DNA of 61,996 nucleotides, the filler included, from Dugesia japonica (Eukaryota), in the NCBI GenBank assembly GCA_001938525.1. It is 6 parts of 6 records of this genome, joined end to end, with 100 filler letters (N's around TTAATTAATTAA, not from the genome) between each part and the next. Parts side by side here need not be neighbours in the genome. Positions count along the whole stretch, not along the records: positions 41,277 to 51,762 come from MQRL01587648.1; positions 51,863 to 61,996 come from MQRL01640528.1; 4 more parts are not named here. One strand, 5' to 3'. Shown here in pieces: positions 49,390-61,996 of the stretch. A program made the position numbers and the translations under genes. Position 1 is the first letter of the stretch. Each line of letters begins with the position of its first letter. The notes beneath the pieces are model-generated. The model worked only from the letters and a program-made list of their open reading frames with translations, searched no databases and was not told the origin of the DNA.

Positions 49390-49835
49390 AAAGATTTTGA
49401 CTCATTATACCATTTTTCAAGAATCTTTCTTGTATGTACTCTTTGATATGACATGGATCTTCAATGAATTGCAATTCAGAAAGTTTCTTCAAGACAGACT
49501 CGATTGTTCAATCTGTACTCTCAGCCGGAAACAATATAATTTTGACTACCTCACGCAAACTCTTGGGTACTGTTGGATTTAAACACTTTCTTTTGCCAAC
49601 CTAACAATTATTCCATCATCTTTAAAGTTATCAATAATTGCTTTGATCGTCACGAAGTGCTCAGTATAGTACTTTATAGCATTCAACCAACTTGCCCATC
49701 TTGTGACAACAGATTGGCATTGAATTCTAATATCTGTAAACTATTCATGTCTTGTGTGGTTCTTTGTTAGAGAAGCTTTTAATGTGGCAATCAAGAAGTC
49801 AACATCATTGCAATGTGACTTAGTTCTCAGTGGCG
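49390..49835 (-). mobile_element. CGGBP1-like hAT transposase central fragment
   Basis: SVVTRWASWLNAIKYYTEHFVTIKAIIDNFKDDG (hAT TRW motif). Confidence 0.65.
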
Positions 49836-51762
49836 CACTATAACAAATACTTACAAATTTAATTTAAAACGAATATATACATGTTATGATGAAAAACTTG
49901 GTATGGTTGAACTCATAAGGTGATGTTGGACATTACTGCTATCATAGAATTGAAATCTGATTGGTTATTAAGGATTTATAATTTAAACAAACGCGAAATA
50001 TTCATATCTTTGAATTAAAAACTACCCATATATTGTCCAAAACATTGATATCGAAAAACGCATGCTTTATTATAAAATCAAAAACAAATAACTTAAAAAT
50101 TTTAAAAGTGGTTTTTAGTATCATTTCACTATCTAAGAATTACTAATGTTAATTAATGACGGTATATATTAAAAACAATTAAATGTATTAAATTAAAAAG
50201 TGTTGATTTTTTGTAGAGTGACGTAGATTAATTAGATACATTTTAGAAATTATAACTGGAACATATTTCATATAGGGTTTGCTGTATAAAAATTCATGGT
50301 TGAGGAAATAATAAATAATTATATAATTAATAATGAATTATAATTATAATTAAAATAATGATAATTTTTAAAATATTTTTTACCGTTTAAGTCAAAATTA
50401 AAAATTATATAGGAATATAACTTTACTTTTCTCCAAACATGCTTGGTTCTCTCAGAAAAGGTTCTAGCGCATTAAACTATATCTTCAGTTGTAATTTGGT
50501 TATTTTATATCAAAACCGGCATCTTTTTTTAGAGAATCGAAACGTAGATTTGACATATATTCATGCAAAACTACTGAAAATGCTTAAATCCCCATTAAAA
50601 TTGAAATATTTCAATAATTATTTTCTCAGTAAAAAATTATAGTATGAGGTTTAATTTCCTATCAATATTCTTAGAATTGACAGTTCTTTTTTTGCTAATA
50701 AGGTTTATTAAATGAATATGTTTAGTTCTCTCAGAAAAGGTACTAGCGTATTTAACCACTTTAACGTTAGTTTAGAAATTTCTCAGCCAATATTTATCGT
50801 ATGATTTTGAATTTTATATCATTAAATTTATAATTTAAAACTGTTTATTCATTGTCTAAAGAACTTATAGCTTCAAATGCTTGGTTCTCAAAATAAATTA
50901 AAATTGTTGATTATATTTGTAATTATAATTTTAATTATTTTTATTTTTAAATCATAAAGATTAGAAGAAAAAATTGTCTATATATTACTTAATGAACTAC
51001 TATCGAAAAATGCTTCCTTCTTAATGAAAAGCTACTAAACTTTTCCACATATTTTTCATTGTTTAAGTCATTTAAATTATGATATGACATGCTTTTTTTA
51101 AAAATAATATAACTATTTCAGTATATTTTCACCATTTGATTATTCTTCTGCTTCTTTGCTTGCTCATTAGAAAATTTTCTCATAATTATTTTAAAATTAT
51201 GTATACAATCAATTATATTGGTTATTTTTAACGAAAAATTAAAAAACTATTTCAAAAATATTTATTGTTTAATAAAAATTTCCAATTATAAATTAAAGTT
51301 TGAAATTATCTATGTTCAATAAATATTTAGAAATTATCTCAAATTATCTATTGATTAATAACAATTTCCACTTATGAATTAAACATGAATTAAAAATACA
51401 CGAAATCTAATTTAATTTCAAATTTTCAAGTAAAATATAAAAGAACAGGTTAAATAATTAAGTATTAAGTCCAGATTTATAGAAAAAATATATAATTATA
51501 ATGAAATTGTATTAACATTAGAAACAATTATTTGATGCTTTCACATCAATCATCAATCATAGAAAAAAGTATCTGCAAATTACTTGGTTATAAAAGTTAA
51601 AATCGATATTAGCATTTATTCGAATTAAAGTTTAAATAAAATAAAAGTTTATAAATAGAAACTTTGGTTTACTACAAATTTAAAAGTTGAAAAACATTAA
51701 TCAAACATGATTTTACCACCAGCAAAGAGCAAATCCCTGCAAAAAGCGATAAAACTAGTAAA

Positions 51763-51862
51763 NNNNNNNNNNNNNNNNNNNNNNNNNNNNNNNNNNNNNN
51801 NNNNNNTTAATTAATTAANNNNNNNNNNNNNNNNNNNNNNNNNNNNNNNNNNNNNNNNNNNN
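51763..51862. other. Artificial contig spacer
   Basis: N run + TTAATTAATTAA (51807-51818) + N run. Confidence 0.95.
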
Positions 51863-51964
51863 TTGCCAAAACTAACCAATCCCGAGAAAAATTTCGACCA
51901 AATTTGACCCAATCGCCCAAAAAATTACCCAATCCCCAGGAAATAATTGACCAAATCGTCCCAT

Positions 51965-52810
51965 TGTCAGATGTAGCACACAGAGGCAAAATCAGAGAAA
52001 TCCAAGACTAAATTGTTAAAAGACCATGTAGCAGATCGAAATGTGGGAAATAGATAAAAAGACACTGAAGGGAAAACAACAACTTGACTAACCCTAAATG
52101 AGATGAATACAAAAATATGGGAGATCCACAAATTTTTATGTCACACGGGAACAGAAAAAACCGAGGACTACATATGCACTAGATACACAGGAGACCAATT
52201 GAGAGAAAAAACAAGAAAGTTGGTACGAACATGTATGTAGTTCCAAAAGGTAAAAGTTGACACAACTGGCACGACAGAGGTCACATCTTGGTCTGAAAAG
52301 TACGAACCGTTCGAGGTTATGTTTGTCGATATTGGTGGACCGCTAAAAATAACAAAAGGAAATAAACGGTACATACTGGGTATGATTGACCAGGACGCTA
52401 AATATATCAAATTAATAGCATTGAGCAGACAGGGTGAGAACACAATTTGGGAAAACATTTGGAAACAGTGGATCTTAAAGTTTGGATGTCCTAGAGAGAT
52501 TCGATCAGATTGTGGCAGAGTATTCCAGGCACAAGAAATGAAAGATTTTGCAGAAAAGTTAAGCATCGTGTGGGAGGACAACAGGAAGGATAAGCAAGAG
52601 TCAGGAAACAAAGAAAAGAATAGAAATAAAGACAAAGAGGCAATTTCAGTTAGAACATAACGAGAAAAAGGACAAGATCGATATGATGGACCGTATGAGG
52701 TGGTGGAACTGATCTATGATAGACGGTATGTGTTAAAGGGCCAAGAGGGACAGAAAATAACACGAATCGTGGAGAAACTTAAAAGGGCTCTAAAGTNGGG
52801 GATGTGAGGA
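51965..52810 (+). mobile_element. Gypsy integrase remnant with PPT and LTR start
   Basis: IWEIHKFLCH.GTEK, PFEVMFVDIGGP, WILKFGCPREIRSDCG, RYDGPYEVV; purine tract followed by TGTGAG at 52803. Confidence 0.85.
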
Positions 52811-53169
52811 AAGATTAATAATAATAATAATGTGTTTAAATATTAAACACTATGGTAATAATAAAATACCGTATATGTGATGTAATTAATAAAACTTTCC
52901 GTAAGCATTAACAATTTCATTTTTACTAAAGTAATTATTATTAAATACTTAATAATAATTCTCATTTAATAATTACATTTTATTAATATTTCATCTATAA
53001 AATGCTTACTAGCGAACTATCCCCTAACAGTTTGGATAAAAATTAAAATGAGAAAAAAACATTATTTAACATTTAAATCATTTAACAATCAAAAGATATT
53101 TTTATAAAATATTACCAAAATCTAGGGGGGTCAAATTCTCCCCATGCGGGCGCCCATGGTTACAGATAA

Positions 53170-53995
53170 CCAATATCTACTCTGAAGGACTTGTTGNACA
53201 ATTTTATAAATGTCACTGGGTGAACAAACAAGGCATCTTACCCATACTTATTATCGAGAATTATTTAATTTACTCAAAGATGTTTGTAACAATTATTTGA
53301 TTCCATCTCAATGGTTCAGATTTACTGATAAATAATCTTGTCATGATTTTGACTGTTTCCAAGTATTTTTCAACAATAGATTTAAGTCAAGCATTTATCA
53401 AATGGAGCTGTAGGATGAGTTAAGATTGGTTATAGTTTTGATTTAATCGTATGCCTTTTGTATTAGCAACATTTCAGAAATTAATGTTTAAATTGTTTTG
53501 GTTTACTCGTTTATCTTGACTTCATTATGATTTATAGCTCTATCAAAATGAAGCACGACAATTTATTGGTGGAAGTTTTTCGACGTTTTAATTCTTTCTT
53601 CGGATTAACAAACTATTATCGAATATTAATCACAGATATGCATTAATTGCAGCACTATTACATGATGTCATTTCAGGTAGAGATAAAATCTTACAACGAA
53701 TCAAAAGCTTTCGAATAGATTATGCAATGGACCCCCATTANNNNNNNNNNNNNNNNNNNNNNNNNNNNNNNNNNNNNNNNNNNNNNNNNNNNNNNNNNNN
53801 NNNNNNNNNNNNNNNNNNNNNNNNNNNNNNNNNNNNNNNNNNNNNNNNNNNNNNNNNNNNNNNNNNNNNNNNNNNNNNNNNNNNNNNNATACTGTGTAAC
53901 AAAAAATAGATGTTAGATGATTTTTTTCACATTTTAAACAATACCTATATAGGAAATAGTTTATTACACGCACAGATCACAAAACCTTAGACAGG
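53170..53995 (+). mobile_element. Highly decayed Gypsy RT/RNase H remnant
   Basis: SKYFSTIDLSQAF, RMPF...TFQKLM, FITRTDHKTL. Confidence 0.55.
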
Positions 53996-55953
53996 GTTTG
54001 CAAATTTGTCCATACTTTGAGTGGAAGAACAGAATAGGCAAGAAGCATGGTAATGCTATTTAGATGTCAAGTATTTCTCACATCACATGTGACAGACAAA
54101 CCAAAGTGATGCCTAGATTGAAAAACATGATTGAAGACAAGATATATCAACATGGTGTAGGAGGATATTGGTCAGTTGGAGGCAATACAGAAATCAATTC
54201 CAGTAAAAGTTTTTCAAAGAATTTTTCGGCAGAGGTGAGTTGTCAAAAGTTTCATTAAAGAATATACTTAAATAACAGTCTCGATTTCTGGTTCTAAAAT
54301 ATTCTTAATAAAAAGAACACGTAAAAATCACACAAAAATAAAAAGTTGAATATAAAAAATGAAAATTTAGACTAAACTATCATACTATATTTCCTTACTA
54401 TTTTAGTTAATATCAAAAACCCGTTTGAAGCTGCTAACTTACTAGTAAATTTTCCCATTATTTTAAAAATTTTAATTTATTCATCTCGAAACTATTGAGT
54501 CCTGGTCTCGAAAGTATGGCATAAAATCCATATATTAAAATTAGATTTGTAAGGGTGGAGAACTATTTCTTCATTTAAATAGTTCCTTTCATAACTTTCT
54601 CCAAACTTTATAAANNNNNNNNNNNNNNNNNNNNNNNNNNNNNNNNNNNNNNNNNNNNNNNNNNNNNNNNNNNNNNNNNNNNNNNNNNNNNNNNNNNNNN
54701 NNNNNNNNNNNNNNNNNNNNNNNNNNNNNNNNNNNNNNNNNNNNNNNNNNNNNNNNNNNNNNNNNNNNNNNNNNNNNNNNNNNNGAGATATCAAAGAATT
54801 CCGTCACTTCATTATTTTCCAGAATTGTGTTAACCTAAAATAAACATTATAAAATATAGAAATAGAATAAAATAAAAAAAATATTTAATCAATTTTCAGT
54901 AAAAAAATTGTTTTCACCGATCAAACAAGAAGTGTCAAGCATCATTAANNNNNNNNNNNNNNNNNNNNNNNNNNNNNNNNNNNNNNNNNNNNNNNNNNTT
55001 ACCATTTAATCCTTCCACGGGAAAAATTTCAGTCTTTAGATTTCTAAAAATAAACTTTGTTAAATAATTAATAGAAGATTAAATTTAAATGAATTTTATA
55101 AATTTAATCAGGTTTAAATATCATTTTCATAAATCAAACAAGAAGTGTCAAACATCATCTAATTAAATTGATAACAGTATTTTAAAAAGAACATACTTGA
55201 ACACTCCAATTTTTGATTCTTCGTAAAATAAAAATTCATTTCATTTTATAGAAAATGTCATTTAAAATGCTGTCATTTAAAATTTTAACTTTTATTTAAT
55301 TGTATTTATTTAAACAATTTAAAAAGCTTTTTTGCAATTTAAATGACACCATGTTAATTTTAATTTCTGTTTTTCATTTAAAATTTTTAGAAAATACCGA
55401 AAGTTTTCTATAGAATATTTTTTTTCATTAAAATTTTGTTATGTTTACTGAATGATTTTTAATGTTTACTTATTTTTGAAAAATGTGGGTAAGGCAGTAC
55501 TGCAATGAGGTTTTGATTCATCATTTCATTCAAATTTAATGATAATTGGTTCTTGTGGCTCATCATCATCAGTTAATGTTTTTTCTTTTCATAAGTTTTA
55601 CTTATTTNATTACTCTTTATTTTTTCATTTCTTCAAAGTAATTTTGAATTGGTATCGAATGGATAGTTTCAAATATCCACTATCGTGTGCAAATTTATTT
55701 GTAAAAAATGATAAATATGTTTTTCCAGCAGCGTCATTGTCTTTATTATATCCCATTATCAGATTTTCTAATTCTTCATTAAATGGTATAATTATTGAGG
55801 ATATATCCTTTTGTTTTCTTATTAAGAGACATTTTTGATCTTCTCTTTAATATTGAAATAAGTTCTAAAATATCAATTATTATTTTCTGGTAATTGCTAT
55901 TTTTAAAACTTTCATTCATTATTTTTTCAGGAGTATTTTTTGGAAAATGATAT

Positions 55954-56058
55954 TGTTAATGATAAATTACTAAAATAATATTTATTCAAATAAAACAAGT
56001 TCAAATTTTCTTCTTCTAAAATCTGAATATTTAAACACTTCATTTATATTATATCACA
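55954..56058 (-). repeat. 3' LTR (~105 bp)
   Basis: TG...CA direct repeat of 60356-60463. Confidence 0.9.
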
Positions 56059-59000
56059 TCCCTCTTTTATCATTCGAATTCCCGGAATTTGGTTGGTTTA
56101 CGTCTTTATCTTGTAGGATTCCTTCTTCCTTGTCTCTCGCTCGTTAATTGTTCCGGTTTGATTATTGAACTTCTTTTTGATTGGCTTATTATTGTTGATT
56201 TCTTATGACTCTTTTTTCTTTCTCCTCTAGCTTTTCTATTGTAAATATTGTTAGTTGTTTCATTTTGTGTTATTCTCATACCCATTTCAGCGAATGGAAT
56301 GAAATTTATCCAATTTGTGAGAAATTTTAAGCTGGTTGCAAAAATTCTATCTTTTCCAGTTCTAAAGAATCTTTCTACTATGGCGTTCTCTTGATGATAT
56401 TATGAGCTTGCAAAGGTTTGATTTATTTTAAGAACTTTACAAAATTCTTCCATAAAATTGTTTTTGAACTGACTTCCATTATCGGAGTGAATTATTTTTG
56501 GCATTCCAAAGATAGTAATCCATCTTTTAAATAATTTATTAATTACTTGTCTTGATTTGATGCTTTTAAGATGGATTAACATGGCATATCTTGAAAACAC
56601 ATCTATCACACCTAAAATATATCTATAACCTTTACATTCTGGTAATGGTCCGGTGATATCTATGTATATTTTTTCAAACGCCTCATTAGCTACAAGATGT
56701 TTCTCAGGAATGTAGTTTGAAATTATTCCATTATTTCGATTTTTGCATGGAATGCACTTATCAATAAAGAGTTTTATCTCTTTACTCATATTCTTCTAGT
56801 CATAATAATTCTGAATTAATTCCTTTATTTAGCCCATAATGTTTTGATAATAACCCATTATTTCCTTTTTTCTTTGAGATGTAAAATCCTTTTTTAGAAT
56901 TCGAATAATTGGCTTCTTATCATTTTTTCTCGATCAGTTTCACATTTCTTCGTTTCTTTGGTTCATTATGTCAGAGTTCACATTATTCACATTCCGGTCG
57001 GCTCATACACTCTGCGTTTATGTGTAATCTGCCAGTTTGGTGTTCAATATCAAAATCATATTCCTCTAATTGTGTAATCCAAGTAAAATACTGTGATGTA
57101 TTTGGATTTTCCGAACTTTTTAGCCTCAATAATGCTTTATGATCAGTTCTTATTTTGAAACTTTTCCCCAATAAATAATGCCTAAATTGTTTTACAAAAA
57201 CATAAACAGCTAATAATTCCTTACTAGTAACCCAATATTTCAATTCTGAATTTGTCAGTTTCTTCGACGCATATGCGATAACCTTTTAATCTCCATTTTG
57301 AACTTGGCTTAAGATTCTTCCAATATGACTGTGACTTGCATCTGTGTCTAATATAAAAATACCTTCTTTCAGAGGATAAACTAGAACTAGAGCTGTTGTT
57401 AGAAGTTCCTGTATGTTTTTAAAGGTTTCATTTCCTTCAGCATCCCAAATTATTGGTTTTTTGCTGTTTTTCCCATTTATTTTTTGTTTGTCTCGTTTCA
57501 GTATATTTTCTAAAGGTTGAACGACATACGCCAAATCTTTTATAAATTTTATATAATAGTACTGGAAAGCTATGAAAGAATGTAGATCTGAGTGACACCC
57601 TGGTTCTAACCAATTTCGAACTTTTTCTATTTTTATTGTATCTATTTTTATACCTTCTGCCGTAATTCTATGTCCAAGATATGAAATTTCCTTTTGCAAA
57701 AAATTACATTTGCCAGGTTTTAATTTAACTTCTGATTCTTCTATTCTAGCTAAAACTACTTCCAATCGACTGAGATTTTGGTCATAGGAGTTTTCAAATA
57801 TCAATACATTGTCAAGATAAATAAGACATTGTTCCGAGTTTTCATTTTGCAATATCAGATGCATATGTCGTTGAAATGTTGCTGGGGCTGAACTCAGGCC
57901 ATATGGCATTCTATTAAATTTATATTGTTCTTTCCTAGTAGAGAATGCTGTTTTTGTTTATCCGCCTCATTTACTTCAACATTATAATATCCATTAGATA
58001 AGACTAAAACGCTAAATATCTTTGCTCCACACAATGCATCGAAAAGTTGAAAAGTTTCTGGAATTTGATATATTGGTCTGATTGTGACTAAGTTTAACTG
58101 CCGGTAATTGACACATAATCTTATNTCACCATTGGCTTTAGTGATACACACTAAATGTGTATTCAACGGACTTTCACTTTTCCTGATTATATCTTTTTTC
58201 AATAAATCTGCAACTAAATTATAAACTTTATTCTCAAGTCTTATCGGTATTCGTCTAGATTGTACTGCAACCGGCGCTTCTTCTTTAGCGACAATGTAAT
58301 GCTTTAGTTTTTTACAATGATCAATATCCGTGTCGCATTTACTAAATATGTTAGCATATTTTAATATTAATTTCTTAACCTTTTTTATGTTTTAAAGGAA
58401 AGCCGTCTTCTTTTTCGATTTTATCAATCAAGCCGTTTACATGAGACACCTCTAATTTGTCTGAATAAACATTTCTGATGAACTCACTTTTTTCTTCCAA
58501 GATTTCTAAGCTACCCATTCTTGTACCTTTATAAATTTTTCTTTCAGAATCTGATAAATTGTAAAGTCTTATAAGAATCTTTCCGTTTTTGTCAACAGAC
58601 ACTATCGAATGAGCTGACAAGATATCTAAATTTGCTAGTTTATCTTTATAACCTACAAAGATTTCTTCTTTAATTTTGAATTCATCACAGTCAACTGATT
58701 TACGTACAAAATATTCTTTAAACTTTTCTAGAACCACAGTTTCGTCAAAAATGATGCGTAAAGAGCAATATTGAGTCTCAATGTTTCTAGCACCGGAATT
58801 CTGACTCCTAAAATTGGTGCTTGTTAGTTTTCATTTCCATCGTCACAAACTTTTGTTTCAAATGGTATAGCTTGATTCCTGATATATACAGTCATCCTGT
58901 GGCACAATTTGTATTCTGTGTGTTTTCAGTGATTTAATTCCAATGATAATCTTTGGGAAAACGTTTTCCACCACTTTAAATTCTAGTGTCAATTCTTTTT

Positions 59001-60340
59001 CTCCAATTACTAGTTCAACCTTCTCAACCCCCGCGATTTTCATAGGTGATCCGTTTGCATAGTACATTCTTTCTGTTTTTTTGAAAAATTTAATCCGTTT
59101 GTTACTTTTTCTCAATTCACATAATAAATTATAATTTATTACATTTGATTCTGCCCCACTATCTATTAGTGTCGCTACCCATTTTTGTTTTATTCTCACT
59201 TGGACCAAAGGCTTATTTTGAGAGAATTCTGAGTGATTTTTTGAAATCAGTGTTTTTGCTTTATTTTTGAATTTTGGTATGGCTCTTTGCTCGTTGATGT
59301 ATTGATCTGAGTTGACTACTTCTTTAGTATAACAATTATTTTTTTTTACATTTTATGGTTTCGAATTTTTCTTAATTATTTCGTTCAATGCATGATTGGT
59401 CCCCGTGCGGGACATTTCTGATCTCGTTGAAATCGATCTGATTTTGTCAAATTCCATATTTTCACTATCATTGTCATTAATATATCTGACTTTGTGCATA
59501 TTTCTTGTTCAGCAAAATCTATATAAATGGCCAATCTTTTTGCATTTTTTACACATAATCGGTTTTTTACAATCTTTCACAAAATGGCCAAAATTGTCAC
59601 AGTTAAAGCATTTTATATCTTTAATGTGGATATTTCTATCCCGACTGTCATTAATAATCCTTGTGTTATTCACTCCAGATCTATTTCTTCCGTTCTCTAT
59701 ATCTCTAGATAGCCTGGCTATCGTTTGTTCCAATTCTGCCACCTTCTGTTTTAGTGAACGAATTTCATCTGATAAGTCGTGTTGTGTTTTAATATGTATC
59801 AGATTTTCCTTACTTTCGTTTTTAACTTCTTTTTTTGCAAAGCTATAAGCTTCGTTTAATCATTCTGGCTTAAAAAATTGAACTGCTGCNNNNNNNNNNN
59901 NNNNNNNNNNNNNAAATAAAAAAGCGAATATTTAAGTCTTTTCTCTGTTCTCGCTGTTCAATTCTGGTTGACTTTTAAATAAATAAACTCTCAGTTTTGT
60001 AATAAATTCTCATAAAGAGAGATCATTTTGCTTAATTTGTAAAAGTTCGGTAATATGAGAAATCCTCGAATCTTTAACTTTGTATAATTCTACAAATTTA
60101 TTACTTAACAAATTAAAGTCACCCTTAACATTCTGGTAATCTNGTTAAGAAAATAATTCATATTGAGCATCTTGCTCTAAGGAATTAATAAAATATCTAA
60201 TTTTTTCCTTACCATCTTCGATCTTTAAATTAAGAATGTGGTTCTTAAATCCTTGCAGGTGTTTGCAGAATCATCTCCAATATGAAAACTTGGCAGCTTC
60301 TGAACCATGTTGAATAAATTTAATGAAAATATACTGAATT

Positions 60341-60355
60341 CTGCTCCTGACGCCA
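60341..60355 (-). other. Primer binding site, probably tRNA-Leu
   Basis: TGGCGTCAGGAG immediately after the 5' LTR, near-complementary to the tRNA-Leu 3' end CTCCTGACACCA. Confidence 0.7.
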
Positions 60356-60463
60356 TGTTAATGATAAATTACTAAAATAATATTTATTCAAATTAAATAA
60401 GTTAAAATTCTTCTCTTCTAAAATCTGAATATTTAAACACTTCATTTTAATATTACATCACTA
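60356..60463 (-). repeat. 5' LTR (~108 bp)
   Basis: Direct repeat of 55954-56058, adjacent to the PBS. Confidence 0.9.
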
Positions 60464-61069
60464 ATATCTGGATTTATTTTTATAGCAATAAAAATGAATT
60501 TCTTGCCTGACATGTGATTTTGTTACAATTTCCTTTATGTTTACTTTGGCCTTAATAGCTATGTTGGGTATTATAACTCAACAAAAGATTTTATGGTTCG
60601 TATTTACTATTGATAACAATAAAATATAGTTGAGATTTTATGGGTGTTAAATTTTATCCCTGTATGTATGTTTATACTATATTATATAAGCAATATATGA
60701 CAATATAAATATAGTGATATATTGTGTTACCTTATACAACTAAATAAAATAAGCCCTTTTAAAAATACCTTTATTATTTTTGGTATATAACAGATAGGTG
60801 TACACTAGTTCTAGAATAAGACTTATCACGCTAAATTTAATTATATGAAGTACTGCCGCCCTGAGAGGTTGGAGCCTTCAATAATTGAATGTCTGATTTC
60901 CATTGAAAACTAATCAGTATTTATACTGATTTTACACCGGTAGGTTTTATACACCTACACCATAATTTTCAAAAAATAACTTTACATTTCTAATAAAAAT
61001 TTTCATTTATTAAAACAATTTTCACAAAATAATTGTTTAAAATAAAATTTTTATATAAAATTAAAACTT

Positions 61070-61255
61070 TACAATAAAAATAAAACAAATTCAATGAATA
61101 AAAATATTCAATAAATAAAACAAATTCACTGAATTATAAAATAAAAATATTCAATTCAGATAAATAAAACAATGTCAGATAGATCAAATAAAATATTCAA
61201 GTCAGATAAATAAAACAATGTTAGATCGATCAAATATTCGAGTCACATAAAAATC
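61070..61255. repeat. Diverged AT-rich tandem repeat (aaatattcaa..cagataaataaaacaatg..agatc)
   Basis: Several adjacent imperfect units. Confidence 0.6.
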
Positions 61256-61926
61256 AAATCAGTAGTTGTGGGCTGAATCTGCTTGAGGATTTGAATTTGA
61301 ACTTGCTTTGGATTTGTTGGTCGAAGACTTGATTCTTGATGTCTGATACAGGTTGTGTTTGTATGTATGTTATGTGTGTTCTGCATGCTGTGTGTAACTC
61401 AACAGCTAATTTTTGTTGAATATTAAATATTTCCTCTAATACAATAGATTCTGTAGCACCAATAGTAATTAGATTATTATATTTTTCCTATTCTTTAATT
61501 AATTGTTTCAAAACTGCTATTCTTGATTCGTTAAAAACCATTTTTATAAAAAAAATTTAAATATAAACCATTTTTTAATTTTTTTAGTAATTTTTATTAA
61601 AATATTTTTTGATTCGGGATATTGAGTACTTAGTGTATTTTTTAAGTTTATGTATTCCTTCACCTTGACAAAGATTTAGGTATAGACCTCCGCTGACTTG
61701 ATTTGCTAGACCTTTTTTCTTCTGTGGATTTATTTAAAGACCTTTTCTTTCTGTTGGAATTTTCAATTTATCTAGTTCAGCTTGTAATTTTTGTTTTTCC
61801 AAATTTTGTTTAGAATTTTCATTAGAAAAGTTTGTGCTTCTCTAGATTTTGAAGTTATTGAAGCAATTCCTGATGAAATATTTTTGCTCCAGATAAACCT
61901 GCAATAACTGCTGAGATTAATACTAT
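61245..61926 (-). mobile_element. Possible Polinton-like gene fragments
   Basis: Closely packed intronless decayed ORFs; VSGGLYLNLCQGEG resembles Gly-rich adenain cleavage motifs. Confidence 0.3.
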
Positions 61927-61996
61927 TGTTGGGGTGAAACACCGGATTAAGGCAAATAAAATGGCGTAAGTAAACACGAAATTCGAAAAATTTACA
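61927..61996 (+). mobile_element. Start of another copy of the TGTTGGGG LTR-like family
   Basis: TGTTGGGGTGAAACACC matches 45758 at 16 of 17 nt. Confidence 0.55.

Larger units (their letters stand above)
55954..60463 (-). mobile_element. Near full-length decayed Ty3/Gypsy retrotransposon
   Basis: LTRs 55954-56058 and 60356-60463; probable TSD ATAT; PBS 60341-60355; PPT 56059-56068; gag with two CCHC knuckles, protease LIDSGAE, RT (YLDN), RNase H, integrase; many frameshifts. Confidence 0.95.

Noticed and set aside
52168-52635. 155-aa minus-strand ORF
   Set aside because: Antisense shadow of Gypsy integrase
59396-59848. 150-aa plus-strand ORF
   Set aside because: Antisense shadow of Gypsy gag

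Overview
Very AT-rich eukaryotic (metazoan) genomic DNA. The ~40-60 nt introns and the repeat content are compatible with a flatworm such as a planarian, but this is inference only. The window is not one locus: five artificial 100-nt spacers (44 N + TTAATTAATTAA + 44 N) join six unrelated ~10-kb contigs. Most of the sequence is decayed transposons: hAT (ZMYM1-, KIAA1586-, CGGBP1- and Charlie-like), Tc1/mariner, Merlin, Penelope-like elements with minimal hammerhead ribozymes, non-LTR RT/RLE fragments, and several Gypsy remnants plus one nearly complete Gypsy with ~105-bp LTRs. Host genes visible: one internal exon of ESRP/fusilli, an RPS4 pseudogene fragment, a two-exon piece of an unknown gene, and a complete five-exon Cys-rich metallothionein-like gene that the ORF track misses. 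Most notable: (i) that micro-exon metallothionein-like gene; (ii) a Maverick/Polinton-like morphogenetic module (minor capsid, core, major capsid, intron-containing protease remnant) with small accessory ORFs (BH3-like tail-anchored; N-myristoylation motif) inside long inverted repeats, with no polymerase, integrase or ATPase visible; (iii) an LTR-like unit with a 4xCCAAT+TATA promoter followed by three acceptor-ORF-polyA cassettes, whose promoter geometry is conserved in a diverged second copy.
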